A DNA stretch of 63,512 bases, counting the filler, from Basidiobolus meristosporus CBS 931.73 (taxonomy: Eukaryota; Fungi; Basidiobolomycota), in the NCBI GenBank assembly GCA_002104905.1. It is 4 parts of 4 records of this genome, joined end to end, with 100 filler letters (N's around TTAATTAATTAA, not from the genome) between each part and the next. Parts side by side here need not be neighbours in the genome. Positions count along the whole stretch, not along the records: positions 41,219 to 48,589 come from MCFE01001355.1; positions 48,690 to 63,512 come from MCFE01001167.1; 2 more parts are not named here. The stretch is one strand, 5' to 3'. A program made the translations under genes and the position numbers. A model generated the notes under the pieces. It did not search any database, was not told the DNA's origin, and saw only the letters and a program-made list of their open reading frames with translations. Positions 45,816 through 56,633 of this stretch are shown in pieces. Every line of letters begins with the position of its first letter. Position 1 is the stretch's first letter.

Positions 45816-48589
45816 AGACAGTCACCAACAGGTGAAATCTTTATTTCAGTTGAAACAAAGAAGCCAGCGCTACTGTTGTAGCTTTGATACAAGAGTGTGC
45901 AGCTGAGGGGGATTTGTAGGTAAGTTAATAAGAAGTGATGATAGCTCTTCAGTGCTCAAGACACTGTTCAGTGGGAAGGGGGGTAGCAAAAGAGGTAAGA
46001 ATGACTTGTGAACAACATTAATGAGGGGAATGTGATAAGGATTGATATTCATCATAAAGGGAGTGTGCTGCTGCAGATATTGCTGCCAAAGGTCTGTCAA
46101 GTACTTCAGGTAGGCCAGCTTGGGTTTTTCTGACTGCAGAATATATTGAGCAAACTTCTTGACTTCAGGATCTCCAAGTATAGTTCTCCAGCAGGAGTCA
46201 GGTGTAGTGTGGTGTGTTCTCTTCCATGCCTTAATCAGTGGGTTGTTGCAGTGGTGAAGTCTGAGATATAATCTGGTTCTAAGGTAGAGAAGTCTGATCT
46301 TATAAGGCATAAACCCAAAAGCACCAAGAATAGCATGTCTGTAGGGGCATTCAGGCAAATGAGGCACCAAGGAGGTAATGCACCATACTTAAAACTTCTC
46401 AAGCTTAGTGCAGTCTCTAGAAGTAAGTGAGAGAAGTGGTAAGCCAAATTCCAGGACAGGGAAGACAAACTGCTTGAGTAGAAGGAGGCAGCTGGGAGCG
46501 GAAGTTGTAGGAGGAGTAACAAAATGTAGCTTGTGGAGTGCCTGTCTTGCCAGGATGATTCTCTTCTTCAGGTGTGCTCCAGAGTCTAGTCCAGTAGGAA
46601 GGAAAGGAAAGCCAAGATATGTAGCAGAAACCTGAGCAGGTAGAGTGGAGTTCTCCAAGGTGATGGGAGAGCCCAAAGGTACTGTCTTTGCAATGGAAAG
46701 CTGGAGATTATTCTTCTGCAGATACTGGTGGATGGTCTGGGAGTCTTGTTGCACATTGGAGGAGGATATTCTGATGTCATCAGCAAAGAGAGTAACCATG
46801 CAGTCAGCTGAGAGTCTTGGGAAATCATTCAGGAAGATGGCAAACAGTATAGGACTAAGCACAGAGCCTTGAACCACTCCATTAGGAACTGAGAACACAG
46901 CTGATTGCTCACTTGGGTGCAGAATTCTTGCTTGTGGATCCAGAGACAGAGACCTGACAAGGAGGGTGAGAGAGGTACTGGAGAAGCATTGCAACCTGGC
47001 CCAAAGCAGATTTCTGTCTACTGAATCAAAGGCCTTAGTAATATCAAACAGAACTGAGGGATACTTGCACTGGAGAGAGTGATCTTGGCTAAGTATGACT
47101 GCATATTCCAAGGAGAGGCCAGGAACAAAGCCAAACTGTGCAGGATGAAACTTGAGGGAGTCAGAGTAGAGCTCCTGAGCTAGCAGAAGCTCAAACACCT
47201 TTCTGCAGGTGGGCAGCAGAGATATTGGCCTGTAGGAGCTAGGATCCAGGTGCTTTCCTTTACCCTTGTACAGTGGCAGAACATTTGCAAAGGACCATTC
47301 CTCAGGAGTAGAAAGCTGGGCTGAGCATTGCTGAAACAGTGGAAGCAGAAGTGCAGACATGGCCTTGGTACCAGTCTTCAGAAGCTCATAGGAGATTGTG
47401 TCCACACCTGGAGCAGTAGAGTTGGGAAGCCTCTTGAGCACATTATGGATTCTCCCTTGATCAAGTGCAAGTGGGATGGGCAGAGTCTTGAAGTCAGGAT
47501 GAAAGCCAGGAGTTGAGTACTGCTTTGTAGAGAAGAAGATGTTAGCCAGCTGTTCTGTTGAAGGTAACTTCCTGGAAGAGGGCCTCATTGCCCTGTAGAG
47601 TCTTGATACTGTTCTTGTTATAGAGTTGGAAGATTGCAGAGGCAAAGAACTCATAATATGATCCCAGAGCTGAGTATGCAGAGTGTGGTGAATTGCCTTG
47701 GAGTGGTGTATGGCTGTCAGTAGGAGTTTCTCTGTTTTTGGGTTAGGGAAACCGGGGTAGCTTTGTTGCAGGGCTGAAACAATGGATTCCCATTTTCTTG
47801 AGGTAACAGCAGTAGTCTTGCATGGCAGTGAGAGGGAGGCAGACACCAGAATCAGATGCTTCACAAAGAGCCAGGCATAGTTGAGATCATCTGGCAGAGA
47901 AAGTAGCAAACTGGCAAGCTTCAAGTAGTTCCCAAAGTCTTTCTTCTGATTCTTGGTAGCTTTGTGGGTGAGCACAGTAAGTTTTGGCAGCTTCTTCTTC
48001 ACAATTGGTTGCATAGAAAGGGACCAGGCTGGGTGGTCAGAGGCTCTCAAGGATCCTAGCTCAGCTCCAGAGAATTGCTTAACTTCATTCACAAAGTAGA
48101 GGGCTGCAGCAGAAGGGCAGATCCAGTCAACACATCTTTTCTCAGATTGAGCACCTAGTGCCAGCAGATGGCATTCTCTCAGGAAGTTCAGTAGGAATGT
48201 AGACCTTGGCTTCATTCTTGCAGTCAGAGTAGTCTTGTTCTCAGGATGGGCAATGTTGAGATCTCCAAGCAAGATAATAGATGTTGATACAGATTGCTGG
48301 TATTGCTGAACTTTCTGGCAAATAACTTGCACTTCCTGAAGGGCAAGACTTGGAGGCAGATAGCAGAGCACCAGACTGATAGTTGGCAACTGGAGAGCAG
48401 CACAGTAAGGGGAGTAAAGAGGAACACAGAGCTGAGGAGTATTGATGGTAGAAGAGATGAAGCAGATAGAGGAGGTATTCTTTGTTCTAGGAGTAGAAAA
48501 ACAATATAGATTAGTCAAAAGTATAGAGGGTAGCTGGACATCAATCAAACACAGGAGGGAAAATCTTGAAAGAAGTCTCTCTAGAGTTG
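45816..48589 (-). mobile_element. Non-LTR retrotransposon (LINE) with APE endonuclease and RT; 5' end hidden in the gap
   Basis: ORF 46389-48548: EN (LLGDLN, VDWI, SDH) and RT (APGVD.I, YRPISLL, QFGF, FDITKAFDSV, GVVQGSVLSP.LF, LFADD). Frameshift near 46380; C-terminus ends at 45870; AATAAA in the ~55-nt 3' UTR. Confidence 0.93.
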
Positions 48590-48689
48590 NNNNNNNNNNN
48601 NNNNNNNNNNNNNNNNNNNNNNNNNNNNNNNNNTTAATTAATTAANNNNNNNNNNNNNNNNNNNNNNNNNNNNNNNNNNNNNNNNNNNN
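48590..48689. other. Assembly gap with TTAATTAATTAA linker
   Basis: 100-bp N block with the linker at 48634-48645. Confidence 0.97.
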
Positions 48690-51688
48690 ATGCAGTGGGA
48701 GAAGGAATAATCCAAGTAAGCTTTAGAAGCAGCAAAAAAGCCATACATTAACCTTTCAAGAGGACTCTTTGTACCAGAAATAGTCAAGAACCCACTATGT
48801 GTAAGCAAGGCCACAGCAGAATGACTCAATTTCAGCTTTGACAGTTGTGGATGCAGGATCACTAATCAAAAAAGTGCCCATATTGCTTTGAGTATCAGAG
48901 ATCAAAATCTATACAAATTGACTTATATTCCATTATATCTGGAAGCCAATATAAGTAACTTAAATGCAGAAACACCAAAGCTTTGGCATAGGAGATTTGG
49001 ACACATCAATTTTGATTATTTGTGCAAAATGGTTATTGATCAGCTAATTTCCGGGGTAAAAGTTGAACACCCAGCTAATTTGGAGCACTGTGCACCTGCA
49101 TATATGGGAGACAAGCCAGACAACCATCCAACAGCTCTGGGTTGATCAAAACTAAGAAAAATAAGATCTAGTTCACTCAGATGTAGGTGGACCAATGCAA
49201 AATTTATCCTTAGGCGGGATGAAGTATTTAATCACTTTTATTGGTGATTATACAAGATACATGTGGGCTTATTTATGGAGAGAGAGGAGGAAGCTCTGTC
49301 TATGTTCAGGATGTTTAATGCCATGGCAGAGAGAGAAACTGGCAAAAAAATCAAGGAAATATGCTTTGACAATAATGGAGAATATATCTCAAGACTCTTC
49401 ATCCACTTCTGCAAAATTCATAGATAAAGCAAGAGACTACTGTATCATACTCCCCACAGCAAAATGGAGTAGCAGAACATGCTAACAGATCAATAATAGT
49501 TATGGCAAGACCAATGATCCATGATCAAAAATTATCCTATGACTTTTGGGTGGAATCAGTTGCCACTGCTGTATACCTTAAAATAGAAGTTATCCTAGAG
49601 AACTTAGTTACTCTATTCCATTTGAAGCATGGTATAGGTACAGACCAAGAGCAGAGCATCTAAGAATATTTGGGTGTACAGCATATGGCAAGAAGCTGCC
49701 TGGAAATCAGGCAACATTTGAGCCAAAAGTGTAAAATGCATATTCTTGGGCTACTGCAATGCAAGTAAGGCATACAGACTCTACAATACCAAAGCAAAGA
49801 AGCTTATCAAGTCCAGGGATGTGTTGTTTGATGAAAATTCAAAATTTTCACAGAAAATGACATCAGATGATGACAAAAATCTGATCCCAAGTCCACCAAT
49901 AGTCAAAGTTAAATCAGAGCAAAACAATGAAAGCATTTTCACTCCAGAGAGCTCTGCAAACTTGGTCAGCCAGAATTAGTGCCAAGGCATATCACAGAAG
50001 TGATCATTTCAGTATCAAATGCCAGGATATCCAACCAGGCAAGAAATAGCCCAGATTACTATATCAATAAGGGTACAAACTTTGCCTATGCCTATTCAGA
50101 CCATATTGATGAACCCCAGACTGTGAAAGAGGCCCCAAATAGCCCTCAGACAAAGTTTTGGAGATCTGCAATGACTGAGGAATATCAGGCCCTGATGAAA
50201 AATCAGGCTTGGAACTTGGTCCAATTACCAATCTACCAATAGTCAATTGGTTGCAGATGGGTCTTCAAGACATAATACAAGGCTGATCTAGTTCAAGATG
50301 TCCAATCTAGGGGACTCAGTTGCTATTTAGGGACTACATTCTCCATAGACAGTAGTACCCAGACTATCAGCCTAAGCCAATCCAAGTATATTCAAGATAT
50401 ACTAAAGAAGTACCAAATGGAAGACTGTAAAATAGCAGCTACCCCAATGGAGACAATTCTCAATGTAGTCAAAACTCAACCAAATCAAGAGAGCTTGGTG
50501 CTGTCTGAAAGCCCTGACTTTCCTTATCAATATATGATTGGCAGTCTGATGTATATCATGCTTGGAACATGTCCAGATATCTCATATTCAATGGGAGTTG
50601 TCAGCCAAAATAATCAGAACTATGGAACCAATTATATTTCCACAGTTAAGCGGATTTTTAGATATCTAAAAGGAAGGGCTGATATCTGTTTAAGATACAC
50701 TTATAAGGATTCTGCACAGGATCTTGCGGGATACTCTGATGCTGACTGGTGACAAAATTTGGAAGAGAGAAAATCCACCATATAATACACCTTTCTTTAC
50801 TGTAAAGGGGCAATTTCATGGAATTCAAGAGAGCAACCAACTGTGACACTTTCTGCCACAGAGGAAGAGTATATGGCAGCCTGTGAAGCTACAAAAGAAG
50901 CAATGTGGTTAATGAAGCTTTTTACAGATTTAGGCCTATCAAAAAACACCTATTACTTTATTACAAGTTAATCAAGGATGTAAACAATTAGGTAGAAATC
51001 CAACTTTTCATGCTAGTACTAAGCACATAAATATCAGACATCATTTCATATGTGAAGCTATAGAGAATAACTTAGTTAGCTTAGTTTACTGTCCTTTAGA
51101 TGAATTGATTGCAGATATATTAACCAAACCATTAGCTAGAGACAAGTTTGAATATCTTAGGTCAAAATTAGGACTAGTCAATATGAACATTTAGCTGAGT
51201 GAAAGTGTTGTAGAAATTTGTAATTCCACCTAAATATGCACCTAACTTGTGCACTTAGATCTTTGCCTTCAAATCTAGAGAATCCTGACCAAATACCTTG
51301 CCGGGATTTACTTAGAATATTTTCACCAAAGTACCAGGTACCCAGAACATAAAAATTTCAAAGTTGTCCAAACAGCCCCAAACTTTGCACACCTGTTCTT
51401 GGTACCTTTCTTAATCTCTTCTACATGTTTGTTATGCCAAGACCATACAAAAGTATAAATAGTACTTGTACATTTAATAAATCATTAAGAGAGTGCTGTA
51501 TATTGTGTTATTAATTTGATATTTTTGGGTCATATGCATGTCAATTTTGATCCCAAATTGGCACTGTATGGCACCATCTGGCACTCTGGGGCATGATCAG
51601 GCACCATCTGGCATGCTATGGCACTATTGGGCACTATGATCAGCTGGAATGACGGAACAAGTCTAATATCTCCAAGATTCTTACAGCA
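48690..51688 (+). mobile_element. Ty1/Copia family H/J, 3' part: IN, RT with core deleted, RNase H, PPT and 3' LTR (51206-51688, interrupted at ~51490-51662)
   Basis: WHRRFGH, integrase core, EPQTVKEA, GYSDADW, and TKHI.IRHHF...ADILTKPL. A purine-rich tract GAGTGAAAG precedes TGTTG. Confidence 0.9.
51560..51639 (+). repeat. 8 x 10-bp phased GGCA(C/T) array inserted in the Copia 3' LTR
   Basis: ggcactgtat ggcaccatct ggcactctgg ggcatgatca ggcaccatct ggcatgctat ggcactattg ggcactatga. Confidence 0.88.
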
Positions 51689-53683
51689 TTATATATGTAA
51701 TTTAAGGTCAAATCTTCAGTTCTGGACTCTAGGGAGATACAAGGCTCTGAAACCTGTCTGTTAGACTATTCAGGATGGTTACTATCATATCCTCAACAGT
51801 GGTTGGCAGGCCCACAGATTTGATCTCATCCACCAGTATGATTATTCTTTTATATTTTTCATTCTTTCTCCTGGCAGCAGCTTTGTGGTAAAGAATTTGG
51901 CCTAAAATACATTTTCTTAGCAGCTGAACATGACTGACAGATGTCTTCTAATGCCTTCTGGGCATTCTTTGCTGTTTTTGCTCTTCAGCATTGAATTATC
52001 AGCTTGTTTTTAACACTAAGGCAAATGCAGTTAAAGGTACTCTGTTCTTGCTTTTGGTACTTTAAAGCTTCCTCTCCCACACTTTAGGAGGGTATTCTTC
52101 TCCCATGACAATATTCCAAAGGCCACTCTCTTGTAGCAGCATATTCATCTTCACTTTCCACACTTGGTAGTTGGATCCATCCAACTTTTCAGCACAGGGA
52201 AAAACTCTAGTAATAGCAGAAGTAAACATTGCAGAGAGTGAAAGCTTGGGGCTCATAACCTGTTGTTAGAGTCTTGGAGATATTGGAAGTGACTTGGGAG
52301 GACAAGTAGATTATGTGGTTTTCACTTAATGATTTATTGAATGTAAAAGTAGTATTATACTTTTACACAGTCATAGCAGCACTGTAGTGGGGTGACAGTG
52401 ACACCCACTGACAGATGTGCTCATTCCCTTATTTTCTACTTCCCTATACCTCTACAACACTTATTTTAGTTTTATCCCATTTGTCTTACCCAATCAGTAC
52501 TATCCCATAAGCCGGTTGACTATCACACCTGCTTACCTTATTGCATAAGTTACCCCTCACTTTATGTAAGATTACTAGCTCTAAGTACTTCTATATTAGG
52601 CAAATACCCGCGCCAGTACCTGTGACACATGATCAGCCCGTGTCACCATCCCTACCATTTCCATACCATATATGGTATCCCTATGTTACACAGGTTTCAG
52701 AATACTGATTCCTGATTGGTTGGATGTGCTGTGCCTCTTAGAACCTTCCGGCACCTACTTAGAACATTCTTAGGTCATTCTGATGTCATTAAGATTTCTA
52801 TTGATCTCCGGAACCTTCTGGAACACCATGATTAGTAATCACTTAGCCAGTGAGAAAAATATATAAGGGAGGCTATCCCTCAACAATAAATCATCATCCC
52901 TTTTATCAATATACCAACTTGTTGATTAGTATGATCACTGCTACCTGCTGCTACCTGAACTTCCAACCCCAGACCACAGGACACTCCCAGGAAACCACGC
53001 TGACAGCCAACTGACCTTGGAGGCACTACTTGTGAGGAATACTCAGAGTAGGTATCTTTTATTATATTTGATTCTTTCCCAAGTTTGTTCTTGTACAGGC
53101 AAAGATACTTTTCTGTCTTTGTAACTATTGACCACAGCTGCATTCTTATCAAGTCCCTGCTGGTGGAGTTTACAGTTGTTTTGACTTTGGAAGCTTTAGT
53201 ACATTGTCATCTCAAAGGACGCTGAACCCAGCACATACTTTTGTTAAGATGCCAACTAAGTTGGGGATTGTAGCTCAATAGTTTTCCCTTGACAAGCTTG
53301 TGGCTTTATTCCCCTTCACATTAGATTAGAGACAGAACCCAAGTATTCCTAGCAAGCTTTTGCCAGAGGTTATTGCACCCAGTGAACACCCCACACACAA
53401 AACACTTGTGAAGTGTTGGACGTATCTCTCCCTTGGACCTATACACCACCACAGCGCAAGCATACAGATTAGGTTAAGAGAGGTTGCAAGAGTATGTGTG
53501 CAAAGTATGGGGCTGTTTGGACAACTTTGAGAATTTTCATTTTTTGGGTACCTGGTATTTTAGTGAAAATATTCTAAGTAAATCCTAACAAGGAATTTGG
53601 TCAGTATTCCCTAGGATTGAAAGTTAATGATCTAAGTGACCAAGTTAGGGGAATACATAGGTGGAATTATAAACTTTACAGCA
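51689..53683 (-). mobile_element. Ty1/Copia family H/J copy on the minus strand: 5' LTR (52261-53683, split by solo LTR C), PBS and gag N-terminus
   Basis: GGGCTCATAACC (PBS reverse complement) next to TGTTG. gag AEKLDGSNYQVWKVKM.MLL...GLW.IV.G. Cut at 51688 by the 3' LTR of the plus-strand copy. Confidence 0.88.
52383..53453 (+). mobile_element. Solo LTR family C (1071 bp), TSD GCAC/GCGC
   Basis: Full-length match to 1551-2621. Removing it restores a continuous family J LTR. Confidence 0.93.
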
Positions 53684-56587
53684 CAAAGTAGCCCTTGCTT
53701 CTTAGCTGTTTGTAATATTTGCCATTGAATATATTGAATATGTTTACACTTAATTAACACTGAGTGTGGTACTTTATAGCTTCACAATATTTGTTGAACT
53801 TTAAAAGCTTCTTTAGATGGGGTATTACTGGAATATATGTGGAGTTTGAACAAAGTTTTCCTGCAATGGTGGTGGATTCCTGACAAGTTGGACACCATGC
53901 AATGGTGATAATTTCTGATGTGAATGCCTTGCAACTGATAACACATGCTGGTATCAGGATGGTCTTGGGGTCATATGTTGTCAGCTGCATGACAGTTGTT
54001 CATATGTACTATGAACATGGTAAGTTGCATCTTGAGATGATTTTGGCAAGAAATAGTAGTAAATCCTCAAGGCCCCCATTACAGATATTAGTGGAAAATT
54101 GCCACTTCTCTAGTTGCAACATCCCATCATTAACCAGTAGATGGATTACTGGACTCACCTGACTCTTTAATCATTCTTGGTATTTTTTTTTACAGGTGTT
54201 GTCTCATTGCATAATGGGATTTTGCCGGGCTCATGCAGGGTACACTTGTTAGGAGAGATAGGCTCACAATCTACCAGTGAGTCTTCTTCCTCAGAGCTAT
54301 CACCCTGTGTGCCATATTTAGAAGTCTGGGGTAAGCCTAAAGGCATCACAAACTCACCTGATTCATTTTGCACAAGGTAACAAATATAGCCAGGTGCCAA
54401 TATAGAACTATCAGCTAGCTGGCAAGATATTGTTGGTATAGTAGTGACTGATGAATGGTCAAATATGACTTGTATGAGAAAACACTGGCAGTGATCCTTG
54501 TAATACTTCCTATGCTAACTGCATGATTTATGGCTGAGAGGCTTGCTACAATAGCCACATGGTCTTTTTTCTTGTCTCTTAAGGTGTTGAACCAAATTAG
54601 TCTTGTCCATGGGGCAGACAGTTTGACACTCAGCAACCCAACACTATTAAATCATTTTTTGTCAGTACTCATGTGAGTTTAAGGCAGTCTTGTATTTGAG
54701 ACACTGCACCTACACAAATATAAGATTCATTGATGACCTGTCATAGTAAGCATTATAAATAAAGTTGTGGCACCACATTCACATTTATGTAATACTATTT
54801 CCCATTTAGTTTGATTCACTTCAATATATATGCTGCCAAAAAATATAGCAATGTTGTCAAGTTCCCAGCCATACACCACCACTAACAGCAGTAGAGGAAC
54901 AGTTGGACAACAGCTTGCTTTGACATTTAGTGCATCAAGCAGAGCTACAACCAAAAAAAGGCCATGTTGACAGTGTAGCCATTCAAGGTAATAATGCAGA
55001 CTCCTTAGGCTCACAGTCAAGTAGGCTGAGAGTCTCTGCAAAGAGGCAAGCTGACCATAATGCCAGGCAGATGTGAATGTAGCAACAGCAGTACCTTCAG
55101 TGAAGACCAGTAAGTGGCCATCATAATATCAACACCACCTGTATTAGAAATCATGTTGTCAGTTCATACCAAAGCATTAATCAGGCACTAGAAGCAGTGA
55201 ATAATAAGATAGATGCAATGACCCAGAGAAATCAGGAAATAGTCCAGAAACAGGGTGGTTGTACAATATGTGTAGATCAATTGCTATCCAAGGTAGAGAA
55301 TGCAGTGTCTTGCTGCAACAAAGGAGCTCAAGTAGCTCAAGGTCACAGCCAAGAAGTGTGCCATTTCCCAATGTAACAGCAGAGGAGCACTGTACACTCT
55401 TTGAAGCTCAACAGCAGTGCCAAAATATAAAGCCCACACAAGAACCTATCACAGCATGGGTGCAAGAAAATGTAGTGTTTATACCCAAGCCTAAATATCA
55501 AAAGACATTGAACATTTGCTAACAGATAAAGCAACCATGTCAAGAACTCAGAAAGTTATCACAATGCCTTCAGTGTAACCTTGGAACATTAATAAGCACA
55601 CCAAGAGGTTGCAGCACTTCTTCAAGAGCAGTGCTCAAGAAAATACACCTGAACAATGCAAGAATTTATTGCAAAGACTGGTAAGTGAGGGGACTAACCT
55701 TGCAGTGGTGGCTGAAGACTAGGATGTGTGAGAACCAGTGAACAAACAGTGGCATAAAGCTGCAGGGTTCCTGTTATGAATTGACTCCAGGCAGGAGAGT
55801 GGAGCTATGCAAAGTAGGATCAGGAAAGGACTTGGGTGTGGAACAACAAGGTTAGGTGGAGTTCCAAGTCAAGGCTGTTTATTCAAGTCCTGTGTTTATC
55901 AGACTGAGGAATACAAAAGGGGGATAGGATTTTATATACTTTCTGGCCATATGGATGCCAAGATATATTAGCTAACACTGATGGGGTTCTGGGATGAGGC
56001 ACAGTAGGTGTGCCAAGATAGAAATATACTAAAGAGCAGACTAGAATATCACATGGGGACATGTCAGGAGTCAGACTTCCATGTGACTAGGTCATGTGAT
56101 ATGTAACTAATACATATGGTACTGAACTACATAAGTTTCAAAGGGGAGCTTCCATAGAACATACTGTTGTGCAACAATGAACTGAAGCTTTCCAGTGGTT
56201 GCTAGAATGTAGTAAAACTTTCTAAAAGGAACTGGGATTTTGTCACCAGCTTGATTTAGCTTGAACATTGAAGACTAGGGATGTCATATGATCATGACAG
56301 TTCCTGCCAAAGTCATGGAAACAGAGTATTACAGCAGAAAAACATATTGAGTGGTGGATTATAATGAAGGTGCTTATTGAGTGTGGGTTGGGCTTAATAT
56401 TAGTCTAAGGTATAGGGACTTGTTTAGGTCAATAAAATTGGCAATTGAGGTTCAACTGAAGTTTTACAGAAATAAATCAAGTTGATAGAAATTATAGTGC
56501 TAGATAGTGCTGTAGAGTGCCAAATCAATCCGGCACTACAAACAGGCTGGCACTAAGTAGCACTATCCAGCAGAACAAACTTAATAT
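53684..56587 (-). mobile_element. En/Spm (CACTA) copy 2: 5' half of the transposase (~53690-54610), accessory ORF (~54830-55520, +) and subterminal region
   Basis: Colinear with ~8870-10740 and ~11660-12260, with an internal deletion. Confidence 0.85.
55772..56299. mobile_element. Solo LTR (528 bp), 5-bp TSD GTTCC
   Basis: TGTTATGA...TCATGACA termini with GTTCC on both sides. The empty site matches CACTA copy 1 at ~11885-11900. Confidence 0.9.
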
Positions 56588-56633
56588 GGGAATGAGCACA
56601 TCTGTCAGTGGGTGTCACTGTGACCCCACTACA
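56588..56633 (-). mobile_element. 46-bp stub of the LTR family C 5' terminus
   Basis: GGGAATGAGCACATCTGTCAGTGGGTGTCACTGTGACCCCACTACA is the reverse complement of the start of LTR C. Confidence 0.88.

Noticed and set aside
28322-48689. TTAATTAATTAA repeated three times at the centre of N runs
   Set aside because: Scaffolding linker with stops in all six frames. Not biological, and adjacency across the gaps is therefore not guaranteed.
51560-51639. CRISPR-like or other repeat-spacer array
   Set aside because: 10-bp degenerate units without unique spacers, in a eukaryotic context, with no cas genes. No CRISPR array was seen anywhere in the window.
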